DNA of 25,763 nt from an uncultured Pseudomonadales bacterium (GCA_964614795.1 CAZTME010000002.1:1-25763), one strand, 5' to 3'. Shown: positions 1 to 9,562, counted from the stretch's first letter. Program-made: numbers and translations. The notes: generated from the sequence alone by a model not told the origin.

Positions 1-2306
1 ATAACAGCATTCTAGAATCGGTGCCCGTTTCAATTCCTCTTTTAAATTCTGGTCAAATCACTATTCAGGGTCAAGTATTACCCCAACAAGAAGATTTGTC
101 TCTCAAGCTTTATTCATCTCATACAAGTGCTAACCAAGATACGATAATTACTTACACTTTGGAATATGAAAACTTATCTTTAAGTAGTATCCCAATTAGA
201 ATCGAAGTGGATTGGAATACTCCTCATGACGATAATCATCACGTGAGTAATTTATTTGATTATGTAGTTGGATCAGCTCAAAAAGGATTCAACAACACAA
301 TACCGACTATTTCTCTTCTAGAAAGAAAAATTGTTTGGGACATTCCCCTTTTGCCTGCAAAAAAAGGCAAACAATTAGTTTCATTTCAGCTAAAAACCAA
401 AACTATTCCTCTAGACAGACCTTTGAAGTATTGGGTTAAAGCTCAACTTACCGCTCCTATTTCACTGCCAGAGGTAGTGCAAATGGGAGAATATCGCTTT
501 CTTGAAAATATGAATGAAGCTGAAGATTCTCAAGCTCAACAATTATCAAACAATACTACCACTGAACAAAGTTATGAGAGTGATAATTCTCAAACTACCC
601 TCCAATTGATCAATGACTCAAAATTAAGCATCTCGAGTGTAAATTTTCAGCAAATTGGCGTTAACACCGCAAAATTATTAATAGAAACCTCAATGCCAAG
701 CTCATTGCTTATTGAGTATGGCAAATCACCCAAGACTTTAGCAAATCAAGTGAGAAGTGAGGAATTAAAAACTCAACATTTACTCACCCTAACTCAGTTA
801 GAGCCTGGACAAAAATATTATTTTCATATTCTCGCATCTGCAATTGCTCAACCCCGAAATTATCCAATTTTATCCGACCTTTTTAGTTTTCAATCTTCGG
901 CCACTAATGACCAACCTTCGATTTTGATGGATGAAGTAGTTTTTTCTCCGATCGATTCTCCGCTCAAATTAGAGGCTAAACCTGGGGAACGTCCTTCCAT
1001 AGTTTTGGCTGAACAACTCAATGGGAGTTTGTCACTTTCGGTAGAAAATGCCACCTATGTCAATGCTGTAGATGTGATTATCATTTCTCAACTTAATAGA
1101 ACCCGCCATGAATTATCCATAGCTATGACCGAAGTTCGTCCCGGAGAATTTGTAGCCAAACTTCCTTCTTTACCCAAAGGAGATTATTTGGTATCCGCTT
1201 CTGTGTCGGATCTCTTGGGCAGTTTTGTTTCAAGCGAATTATTAAGATTAGCCATTTCACCAGCCTTAAAAGTTATTAGTTCCGGAGAAAAAAAAGCCAT
1301 TGAATTTGCACAATTGACTTTTTTTCGAGTTCATCCCAGGTTAAATACAATGCAGTTAATTCCGGCCGGTTCATTCATAGCTCAAAATCCCGTTTTTACA
1401 GATTCAACAGGAAAATTACCACTATCACTTCCAATAGGTTCATATAAAATTTTGGCGTCCGCTCCCGGTTATGAGGATACTGAAATCGGTTTTGTTCTAG
1501 GGGCAGAAACAAATTTCCCCACTATTGTGATGAAAGAAAAACACAACTCAGCCCTTCTGGCAAGAATACTCAACATACCGCATTCACTTCAATTCATAGC
1601 CCTTTCATCTACTCAACCAATAAAAGACCTTAGATACTCACAAAGAATTTATGAACTGGCTGTGACCAGTAATGTAATACTATTTACATTTTTAAGCTCG
1701 TTTGCTTTGGCTGCAAAACTACAAATTTCCGTTTGGCAAATTCCGTCATATATTATTCTAGGTCTTCGCAAACATTTATTTCCATCCAATAACAAAAATC
1801 GTATTATTACCGGCAGGATTTTTGACGCCGTTGATCAACAACCTATTCCTAAAGCTCAAATTTTCTTGCAGACAGATAATCCCACAAAAACAAAGAAAAT
1901 CTTAAGCGACAAGCAAGGCTATTTTTTTGCAACGACTTTAAATCATTCAACCATTCATTTATTGGTTAAAAGTGACGGTTATTCGCAAGTTGAGAAAAAA
2001 TTACTTCCAGCCGATCATGGTAAAACTCTCTACATCGGTCTACACTCTCTGGACAATCCAACCAGACAAGGGTTGCGAGACTCAATCCTAATAATTTTTT
2101 CGAGTTTTTTTGGCATGTTATTTGAAATTATTCTGTTAATTAGTATTGTTATTCAATTGATGTCCGTTGGCTACGGTCATCCGATTCTCAAGTATTTGCT
2201 AGATGTAGTTTTAATTATGAATGTTATTGCTTGGCTAATTTTTCAATATCGAGCTTGGAAAAGCTTTCATTCACCAATCATTACTTCTGCAAATTATCAT
2301 TCATAA
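1..2306 (+). CDS. Large membrane-anchored surface protein (DUF11-like N-terminal domain, FN3/purple-acid-phosphatase-N-like domain, two carboxypeptidase-regulatory-like domains, C-terminal TM helices); 5'-truncated by the window edge
   Basis: The track starts at GTG 21, but the frame is open to the window edge (aac agc att cta gaa tcg gtg). DUF11-like: 'DLSLKLYSS..IITYTLEYEN'. FN3-like: 'SSLLIEYGKSP..HLLTLTQLEPGQKYYF'. CarboxypepD_reg-like: 'ITGRIFDAVDQQPIPKAQIFL..SDKQGYF'. Hydrophobic helices near the C-terminus; TAA at 2304-2306. Confidence 0.8.
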   Translation, partial: NSILESVPVSIPLLNSGQITIQGQVLPQQEDLSLKLYSSHTSANQDTIITYTLEYENLSLSSIPIRIEVDWNTPHDDNHHVSNLFDYVVGSAQKGFNNTIPTISLLERKIVWDIPLLPAKKGKQLVSFQLKTKTIPLDRPLKYWVKAQLTAPISLPEVVQMGEYRFLENMNEAEDSQAQQLSNNTTTEQSYESDNSQTTLQLINDSKLSISSVNFQQIGVNTAKLLIETSMPSSLLIEYGKSPKTLANQVRSEELKTQHLLTLTQLEPGQKYYFHILASAIAQPRNYPILSDLFSFQSSATNDQPSILMDEVVFSPIDSPLKLEAKPGERPSIVLAEQLNGSLSLSVENATYVNAVDVIIISQLNRTRHELSIAMTEVRPGEFVAKLPSLPKGDYLVSASVSDLLGSFVSSELLRLAISPALKVISSGEKKAIEFAQLTFFRVHPRLNTMQLIPAGSFIAQNPVFTDSTGKLPLSLPIGSYKILASAPGYEDTEIGFVLGAETNFPTIVMKEKHNSALLARILNIPHSLQFIALSSTQPIKDLRYSQRIYELAVTSNVILFTFLSSFALAAKLQISVWQIPSYIILGLRKHLFPSNNKNRIITGRIFDAVDQQPIPKAQIFLQTDNPTKTKKILSDKQGYFFATTLNHSTIHLLVKSDGYSQVEKKLLPADHGKTLYIGLHSLDNPTRQGLRDSILIIFSSFFGMLFEIILLISIVIQLMSVGYGHPILKYLLDVVLIMNVIAWLIFQYRAWKSFHSPIITSANYHS

Positions 2307-2376
2307 ATATAAAGAATCATCGTGTTGATATTGAAAATATGAGCTTCCGCTTGATCCAGATGGAAATTCTTTAAAT

Positions 2377-2823
2377 CTAATTTTGCGATGATTGAATCAA
2401 TTCATTTGACTTAGTGGGGAGCGAACCGAAATGAATTATTTTTTTTGAGTCTGGACGATACAAAAGCATGTTTCCCGCTATGGGAAAAACTATCACCAAA
2501 TCGTTTTGTTTGGCATTTGCGAAAAATGGATTGTCTTTAATTAATTGTTCGTCATTAACTACACCTATGACCGGTTGTTCTCTTGGCAGCTCAATCACTT
2601 GACTTATTTCTCTTAAAATTAATTCATATTCACTCGCATCCTGTTTGTTGAAAAAATTAAATATCAAAATAGAAATTAAAACAAAAAACAAAGAAATGAT
2701 GATTAAAACTTTTTTGCTCTTAAAGCGATTATCACTAAAATTAAAGGAGCGATTTTTTTCCGGCTCAATAACAATTTTTCTGGGTTGAAAAGTATGATTG
2801 GAATTGGCTGACGACAAATTCAT
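2377..2823 (-). CDS. Small single-pass membrane protein of a family I recall as conserved in CPR bacteria; function unknown
   Basis: 148 aa. Basic N-terminus, TM 'VLIIISLFFVLISILIFNFF', then 'IELPREQPVIGVVND..NPFFANAKQNDLVIVF..LLYRPDSKKII'. Confidence 0.7.
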   Translation of the reverse strand: MNLSSANSNHTFQPRKIVIEPEKNRSFNFSDNRFKSKKVLIIISLFFVLISILIFNFFNKQDASEYELILREISQVIELPREQPVIGVVNDEQLIKDNPFFANAKQNDLVIVFPIAGNMLLYRPDSKKIIHFGSLPTKSNELIQSSQN

Positions 2824-2845
2824 ATGTTTTTCATCTTAGCATTTT

Positions 2846-3517
2846 TCATTTGGGTATGGAAAACACCAATTGATTATTATCATAGGCAGGATATTTTGAA
2901 AGAACACCTCTTTGAACAATTTTTTTCGTGTGAGTATTGGGCTCATAAGTTTCAGCCTGCCACTGTCCTTGAGAATTTTTTCGAGCAAAGACCAAAAGAT
3001 TATCATCATTAATATCCGGATTGATGCCACTTTCCACTAAAGCTCGCATTGGTGAACTCACCCTATACCAAATCTGCCATTCATTTTCACCCCACTCCTG
3101 CCATACCACTACTCCCACACTATTAACTTTAGGGTTGCTAATAAATTTTCCAGTTCTGACTTCCACGTTTGTTGAAGAAGGCCATTCTTTAAGCATTAAT
3201 GACTGATTACCGGAACTATCTTGTTCAATCCAAACAATATAGTTTCCTCTACTATATGTGGCTAGATACTTCTTTTCAGGTAGTGACAAATCGTGCTTAA
3301 CCCCATCTACAATAACATATAAACGAGATGAGCCATCTTCAGTGATTTCAAGTTTTGCTTCAAGATTATATTGTTTGGATTGTTCTGGCAAGGATTGACG
3401 ATTTATGACCCACCCAAAAAATGGAATGAAAACTATTAAAACAAATATAAAATACCTGAAGAATTTCGATTGAATTCCTAATTGCAAATAATGATTGAGA
3501 AAATTTAAGTAAAACAT
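2846..3517 (-). CDS. Membrane-anchored protein with TolB-like partial beta-propeller repeats
   Basis: 223 aa. N-terminal TM 'YFIFVLIVFIPFFGWVI'. Repeated blade-like motifs 'GNYIVWIE', 'NPKVNSVGVVVWQE..WQIWY', 'NPDINDDNLLVFAR..WQ', 'YPAYDNNQLVF'. Exact start uncertain. Confidence 0.65.
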   Translation of the reverse strand: MFYLNFLNHYLQLGIQSKFFRYFIFVLIVFIPFFGWVINRQSLPEQSKQYNLEAKLEITEDGSSRLYVIVDGVKHDLSLPEKKYLATYSRGNYIVWIEQDSSGNQSLMLKEWPSSTNVEVRTGKFISNPKVNSVGVVVWQEWGENEWQIWYRVSSPMRALVESGINPDINDDNLLVFARKNSQGQWQAETYEPNTHTKKIVQRGVLSKYPAYDNNQLVFSIPK

Positions 3518-3520
3518 AAA

Positions 3521-6500
3521 TCAATCTACTCGGGTCATTTCGGTTTTTAATTCATTGGTGAAAATTGTGCCGTGACGTAATTCTTGCTCAGTTGCTTGAC
3601 GAGTAGTCAAGGTTGGACAAACTGCATAATTACTCAACAATTGATTATTGTGATCTACAACACGAAAGGAATAGGTGCTGGCTGGCGCTGCCCCATTGTG
3701 CTCCAAGTGAAAATCATATTCCATAGTTTCTCCCTGCAAAGCGGAAAAGGGGTTAACAGCGCTGGGCAGCGCCTTCACATAAACACCCGCCACGTCGCTC
3801 AAAGATAAAACCAATGTGTCGATATTGGCGCCATTATTTATCGAAGAAGAAGCAAATCGCCAAACACTTCCAGCTCCGGACGCTCCCACCTCAGTCCAAG
3901 TTCCGGCAGAACAACTACCGTCATTACCGGCTTTATATTGTAATCTTAATTGAGCCTCTCCAACAGGCAAATTATCTCCTCCCACCGTCAAGCCAAGACG
4001 CAATCGGAGTTGTTGAGCAAACAAAGGTGGAGTATTGGTAGCCGGCAGTAGAGAAATGGCTTGATTTTCAGCCAAATTGACACTTCCCCAAGGATCATTG
4101 ACATTAATTAAAGTTGAATTTGTATACCACCGATAATTTGATTGTGTTAAATTCCATTGTCCACCGCCAGAACTTGCCATCACAGCTTGCGCATATGAAA
4201 TTATTGTGTTTACACCCTGAAGAGCGAAACAATAATTTTCCCCAGCTAAAGCATTGACGGTTGGTTTAATTGAAAATTCCAACTCGGTAAATTGAGTTGA
4301 GTTTAAACCAATTAATGAACTAGTGTTTCCCGCATCTTTGACTTGTCCAGCAACAAAATTTACATTTTCATCGGTTAAACCATTGGCCACGTTGGTTGTT
4401 GACTCACCGTCAACTAAATAGGTTGAATCGATTATTTGCCAATGACCGGAAGCATCTGTGGGTACCGGTACGTATGTACCAGCGGAACAATTATTAGTTT
4501 GAGCAAATTGTAATTGAAAGCTGGAAATGATGGGAAGTTCATTTGCGATACTCTCATTGGATACTTGCAGTCTTAACCTATATTGATTTGAACTAGAAGC
4601 ATCCACTAGTGGATAGTCTTCATTACTAATCCAAGTTGCAGATACTCCCTGAGCCTGTTGAGATGTAATTTCACTCAAAAATCCTCCAACTCCAGGATTG
4701 GAGTGATTATTGTATTCGGTTTGGATCCAATCAATACTTAATTGTCCGTTAATAACTCGAACCTCATCTATCACTCCATCAAAAGTTTCATTAAAGCCAT
4801 TTTCTCCAAAAGTTAAGGAGCCGGTGTTAACGGTTGGATCACTTGTAGTGGTTGGCTCATTAATGATTAAGCTTCCATTAACATAACCCCTATTTACGCC
4901 ATTGGTATCATCATGATCATAAACTAAATATGAAAAAGTGTTGCTAGCTACCGGAGAAGTAGTGGAGGTTGATTCTTGAAATCCCCCACCATCATGATAA
5001 CCCACAGTCATTTCATCATTGTCAAGAATTCCCAACCAATAATTAGGATTGGGAGTACCTTTTAGCACCACTCCATCATAACCGGGATTAGAAATTGAGT
5101 TTGGTCTAACCCAAACTTGAATAGCAAAATTACTTGGAATATCCAGCGAGTTTGAATCCGGCACAACTACTTCATCACCTCTGCTAAATGAAGATGCTCC
5201 ACCTAAAATACCACTCGCGTTACCTTGAGTGGTAACGTTAACGCTACTTGAATGGTTGGCATTAGCGGTTGAATCATAGTGTTGACCAGAAGTTTCCGAA
5301 AAATGCCATACTCCTCTGTACATACTCGACCAAACATTGGTGGGATTTTCTTGGTTGGCGGCTAATGGATTACCGTAATAAATATATATTTCCGTGTTAA
5401 TTGAAGTGGACAAAGTCGGTATTCTAATCCAAGCTGTAAGCGCACCCGTCGATGCAACATAGCGTTCAATTTCATGATCCAATTGCACATTATTAATATC
5501 GGTGAATAAAATATCATTGCCCGAAGCTTGAGCCACATAACCTCCATTGCCTGTGTCTCTTAAATCTGAATCAGTAACTTGAAAGGCAAAAGGATAATTT
5601 ATTAAATCACCTGATCCAATCACTTGATTTGCGTCAATGGTAACTTTTTTTCGATATAACCAACTTGAGTTATACCAATTACTTCCTCCAACTCCTTCAA
5701 TGCCATCATCATTGCGCCAGCGATAATGCACTTGTTGAAGATCTGGCGCGCCCAAATTAATTTCCTGCCATTGCAGATCAAATCTATATACCAGATTAGA
5801 ATCACCCGCACTTTCCTGAAACAGAGCTATGCCTTCACCAGGCGCCAAAATTAACTCATCGCCAAAAACGATTTCATTCTCATATTGACCAACAACTTGA
5901 TTGACCGCGCCCGGAGCAATGACTGTGAGAATTTTTGCCTGACTACCCTGAGGATAGGCGACTGTTATGCCATTGCTTCTTACTTCAGCTACACTATTTT
6001 CAGATTGTGTATTTTTTTTGACAGCATCTAAACTTGAAACTAAACTGCCGTTACTTGCGCTGGAGATTTTTTGCAGGGTGACTGGAAAATAACTAGCCAC
6101 TGGAAGCGTAGTATTATATTTATTTACTCTGATGCCTAACCTTCTCACCTGAAATTCTTTTCCAGAATCTACCGGATTAAATAAAGAAGCATAAACATAT
6201 CCGCTCGTTGTTGAACCGGTAGTTCTAGGTGTGGTTAACAAAAATTCATTGGTGGCGGTTGGAGTTTGCGCCAGAGCTACTTCAGTCCATTCTATGAGCA
6301 TTTTTACCCGAAAATTAGCGTTTCCCGCAACCGGCTGATACAAACCTATTCCCTCACCTGGGGCTAATATGATTTTTTCATCAATATTAAATTCCAATTC
6401 TCTATATCCACTTACTGAAGGTGCAATCGCACTTCCCACTGCTCCAGGAGTTTCCAAATTAAGAAGCAATGAGTTGACATCACCCAGATATGTTGCAGTT

Positions 6501-8536
6501 GAACCTGTTCTTCTCACTTCCGTCGTGGAGTTGTTTGCTCCCGTGTGTTTTTTTGGAATATTAGCTTGAGCAATTTGTGTGCCACCAGAATGACCACTAA
6601 TTCTTCGCAACTGCATAGGAATATAGACAGCCCCTCCGATCGCATCAATTCTTAGACTAATTTTTGAAATGGCAGTTACTCTACCCGAACCACTCGGGTT
6701 AAAAAAAGTGGCGTAATTGTAATTTGCATTAGTACTACCGTTAATTACTCCAATATCCATTAAATAATTGTCGGATGCCGAAGGAGTGGAGGCAACTTCT
6801 TGCCATTCAAAAAAAATCTTGACGAGAGCATCTACATCGGTTGTTAGTACATCACTATAAAAACCAATGCCTTCACCGGGCTGGAGAATAATCGCTTCGC
6901 TATCACTTAAAACAATCTCTCGCTGACCAACAATCTGGGCGACAGCACCCGGTCCATTGACACTTAATAAAGTTGAGTCTGCAGTACCTAAATAAGTGGC
7001 AGAAATTGCGGTCGCACAGGTGGCTCCACACCAACGCAATTCAACTTGCGAAGCATTGGAAGAAGTATTTTTGGACATGATATCTGAATTATTAATCAGT
7101 AAACCATTGCCGGAAGCAGAAATTCGACGAAAACTATATCTAGGATACACAGATGAAGTATCTGCATCAATTCTAATACCCAATCTTCTCACTTTAACTG
7201 TTCTTCCGGATCCAACAGGATTAAATAATGTATAGTGAGAAGTGTTGGCTGCAACGGCAGCCTCAATTCTTGGTGATGCCCAAAAATATTCATTTTGAGC
7301 CTGAGGAGAACTTGCAACTGGCACTTCCCGCCATTCAACAATCATACGAGTTAGTTGATCTATATCTCCTGTAGCTTCTGATACGAGAGCTAAACCCTCA
7401 CCGGGCTGTAAAACCAGTTTTTCATGATCACTGTGAAAATTTATTTCTTGCCAACTATGTGGTTGTCCCGCCACCGCACAAGGTGTAACGTGACCAATGC
7501 GAGCGTCTGCAGTTCCAACCAAAGTGGCAGTAACACCCGTGTGCCGAAACTCCATGGCAGAATCTGTGGAAGCAGTATGTTTTTTTGGAATAGCACTCGA
7601 TGCAATTTGTGTCCCACCGGTGGCTGTTGTAGTTCTACGCAAGACGATGTTGTTTGTATAAACGGCCGTAGTATCGCAAGTTTCCGCTCCGAACCACATT
7701 CTTTTCACGATGGCCACGGTATTGGAGCCGGAAGGATTAAAAAATGAGTTGTAAACATAATTAATTCCCGCCACATTTTCTATTCTGGGAAAAGCAAACA
7801 AATACTCATTTTCGGCTGTTGGTGAAGAGGTAACTTCCTCCCATTCGAGATAAATCCTAATTCTTTGATCAGTATCACCAGCCGCCTCTTGATAAACGGC
7901 GATGCCTTCACCCGGATTTAAAATAATGTTTTCATCGTTATCACCAAATTTTAAATCTCGAACGCTATGAAATTGTCCGGCGGCTCCAGCCATAGTCTGA
8001 CTAATAATTCTGGAATTAGTGATACCGGAGAAGGTGACTGTAGGACCGGTTGATCTGACTTGCATTTCCGGATCAATTGATTGAGTATTTTTTTTTGGAA
8101 TGTTACCCGCCACAATCTGTGATCCACCGGTACTACTTGAAATTCTTCTGACAGTTAAATTAACATAGTTTGCGCCAGCAACCGCATCAGATCTAACAGC
8201 AATTTTTTTTATTTTTACTGTTGTTTGAGCTGTTAAAGGTTGAAAAAATGATGCATAAACATAATTTGCTGTAGCTACTCCATTTATTGGTCCGACTTCA
8301 ATAAAATAATCATTTTCAGCCGGATCTTGAGCGGCTTTAACTTGATTTGATTTCTTCATTACGTCTACAATGTTTTCATTTTTGGAAGCTTTGTAAAGCA
8401 AGTCAACAATGTTATTTTCTTTTCGATGATCCAACCATAAATTTATTAGAGACAACCAATGCATAGAATTACCAAGCATTAGCATTACCAACAACAACAC
8501 CAGTGTTTTTCTAATTAATGTGAGCCACATAATCAT
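3521..8536 (-). CDS. Giant secreted/surface protein (1671 aa): five tandem ~170-aa beta-rich repeats, DUF2341 + LamG-like (concanavalin A-like) module, two related Cys-paired beta domains, C-terminal LRHG motif
   Basis: Uninterrupted 5016-nt ORF with an N-terminal hydrophobic segment. Repeats share 'F.NP..S', 'IPKK.T', 'IIL.PGEG' and 'W.E'. DUF2341-like: 'WYNSSWLYRKKVTID..DILFTD..LDHEIE..WIRIPTLS..IYIYYGN'. LamG-like: 'VWHFSE..VWVRP..GYVNG..FDGVIDEVRV'. Confidence 0.85.
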   Translation of the reverse strand: MIMWLTLIRKTLVLLLVMLMLGNSMHWLSLINLWLDHRKENNIVDLLYKASKNENIVDVMKKSNQVKAAQDPAENDYFIEVGPINGVATANYVYASFFQPLTAQTTVKIKKIAVRSDAVAGANYVNLTVRRISSSTGGSQIVAGNIPKKNTQSIDPEMQVRSTGPTVTFSGITNSRIISQTMAGAAGQFHSVRDLKFGDNDENIILNPGEGIAVYQEAAGDTDQRIRIYLEWEEVTSSPTAENEYLFAFPRIENVAGINYVYNSFFNPSGSNTVAIVKRMWFGAETCDTTAVYTNNIVLRRTTTATGGTQIASSAIPKKHTASTDSAMEFRHTGVTATLVGTADARIGHVTPCAVAGQPHSWQEINFHSDHEKLVLQPGEGLALVSEATGDIDQLTRMIVEWREVPVASSPQAQNEYFWASPRIEAAVAANTSHYTLFNPVGSGRTVKVRRLGIRIDADTSSVYPRYSFRRISASGNGLLINNSDIMSKNTSSNASQVELRWCGATCATAISATYLGTADSTLLSVNGPGAVAQIVGQREIVLSDSEAIILQPGEGIGFYSDVLTTDVDALVKIFFEWQEVASTPSASDNYLMDIGVINGSTNANYNYATFFNPSGSGRVTAISKISLRIDAIGGAVYIPMQLRRISGHSGGTQIAQANIPKKHTGANNSTTEVRRTGSTATYLGDVNSLLLNLETPGAVGSAIAPSVSGYRELEFNIDEKIILAPGEGIGLYQPVAGNANFRVKMLIEWTEVALAQTPTATNEFLLTTPRTTGSTTSGYVYASLFNPVDSGKEFQVRRLGIRVNKYNTTLPVASYFPVTLQKISSASNGSLVSSLDAVKKNTQSENSVAEVRSNGITVAYPQGSQAKILTVIAPGAVNQVVGQYENEIVFGDELILAPGEGIALFQESAGDSNLVYRFDLQWQEINLGAPDLQQVHYRWRNDDGIEGVGGSNWYNSSWLYRKKVTIDANQVIGSGDLINYPFAFQVTDSDLRDTGNGGYVAQASGNDILFTDINNVQLDHEIERYVASTGALTAWIRIPTLSTSINTEIYIYYGNPLAANQENPTNVWSSMYRGVWHFSETSGQHYDSTANANHSSSVNVTTQGNASGILGGASSFSRGDEVVVPDSNSLDIPSNFAIQVWVRPNSISNPGYDGVVLKGTPNPNYWLGILDNDEMTVGYHDGGGFQESTSTTSPVASNTFSYLVYDHDDTNGVNRGYVNGSLIINEPTTTSDPTVNTGSLTFGENGFNETFDGVIDEVRVINGQLSIDWIQTEYNNHSNPGVGGFLSEITSQQAQGVSATWISNEDYPLVDASSSNQYRLRLQVSNESIANELPIISSFQLQFAQTNNCSAGTYVPVPTDASGHWQIIDSTYLVDGESTTNVANGLTDENVNFVAGQVKDAGNTSSLIGLNSTQFTELEFSIKPTVNALAGENYCFALQGVNTIISYAQAVMASSGGGQWNLTQSNYRWYTNSTLINVNDPWGSVNLAENQAISLLPATNTPPLFAQQLRLRLGLTVGGDNLPVGEAQLRLQYKAGNDGSCSAGTWTEVGASGAGSVWRFASSSINNGANIDTLVLSLSDVAGVYVKALPSAVNPFSALQGETMEYDFHLEHNGAAPASTYSFRVVDHNNQLLSNYAVCPTLTTRQATEQELRHGTIFTNELKTEMTRVD
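5759..8314 (-). repeat. Five degenerate in-frame protein-level tandem repeats (168-174 aa each) within the giant ORF
   Basis: Repeat starts at 8314, 7810, 7294, 6772 and 6250 (spacings 504, 516, 522, 522 nt). The 'PGEG' codon motif (cc[tc]tcacc) recurs near 7905, 7396, 6870, 6352 and 5833. Confidence 0.9.
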
Positions 8537-9557
8537 TAATTTCTTTAGCTATTTCAGAAAATATTATTGAAACATCCCTTTCTTCCAAACTATTATTTGG
8601 CCTAGCTTCAATCATAGTGGTTAATAAATATGGCCTGTTTGAGTAATATATAATGCCACTGTCAGCCCATACACGATCGTCAGCTCTGATTCCGGTTTTA
8701 TGTACAAATTTAATCGATTCGTCAATACCTTCGGCTAAATATTCTCTTGGAGAATGTTCTAAGTAACTTAAAAATAATTGTGAATATTCGGGTAACAAAA
8801 AGGTGGCATTATACAGTGATCGGAAAAAAGTAGTGTAGCGCTTGGCGGTAATGCGGTTATCATACTCATCTGAATCGGGATTTTTTTTCAAACTATCAAT
8901 AATATCGTCAAAACCAAGATGTACAAATACTTCTTCCAACTCCTTGTCGGTAATATTTCGCAACATCATAAAATGTGCGGTATTATCCGAATCCACCAAA
9001 CTTGCTTTGAGCACTTCCTCAATTGTTTTTGTTGTGCCTGTTGGTAATTGATGCCAATCACCGAAACTTGAGTCTTTGTCTTGATCCATGACTACCAGCT
9101 CATTACTCAACTGCCACTCACCACGCTCAATTTTTTTCATCACGGCCATAGCGACAGGAATTTTGATTAAGCTGGCCGGCCACATTTGAACATCCGTATT
9201 AACACTTATATTTGCACCTGTTGGCAAATATTCAAAATAAATTGATATATTAAATTTTTCGTGATTCTCATATTTATTTTTCAAAGATTCTCTTAAAGGC
9301 TGAAAATTTACAATCATGTCTTGGTTATTAATCAGGGATACTCCCGGATTTAATAAATTTAATCCATCATCACCAGCATATTTACCAATTCGATCAAAAT
9401 TATTTTGTCTTATAAAATACAAATTCACCAGAAGAGAAATGATAAAAATAAAAACAAGCAAAAAAATAGAAATTTTTATCACAATAAATCTTTTTTCTCC
9501 CGGCAAGTGAGTTCGAACTTGATTTTTTTGACCTTGTAAGTATTTATTTACTGACAT
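8511..9557 (-). CDS. Membrane-anchored serine hydrolase of the class A beta-lactamase-like / PBP fold (Beta-lactamase2-like)
   Basis: SxxK 'SLIK' (9173-9162), SDN (8990-8982) and KTG (8699-8691), plus N-terminal TM 'ISIFLLVFIFIISLLVNLYFI'. Its 3' end overlaps the giant gene start by 26 nt. Confidence 0.88.
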   Translation of the reverse strand: MSVNKYLQGQKNQVRTHLPGEKRFIVIKISIFLLVFIFIISLLVNLYFIRQNNFDRIGKYAGDDGLNLLNPGVSLINNQDMIVNFQPLRESLKNKYENHEKFNISIYFEYLPTGANISVNTDVQMWPASLIKIPVAMAVMKKIERGEWQLSNELVVMDQDKDSSFGDWHQLPTGTTKTIEEVLKASLVDSDNTAHFMMLRNITDKELEEVFVHLGFDDIIDSLKKNPDSDEYDNRITAKRYTTFFRSLYNATFLLPEYSQLFLSYLEHSPREYLAEGIDESIKFVHKTGIRADDRVWADSGIIYYSNRPYLLTTMIEARPNNSLEERDVSIIFSEIAKEINDYVAHIN

Positions 9558-9562
9558 AAATT

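Noticed and set aside
2310-2373. 8-bp inverted repeat between the convergent genes as a bidirectional terminator
   Set aside because: AT-only arms 48 nt apart, with no GC stem or U-tract.
8088-8096. A9 run in the coding strand of the giant gene as a frameshift switch
   Set aside because: It encodes the conserved PKKN repeat motif, and similar runs are common in this AT-rich sequence.
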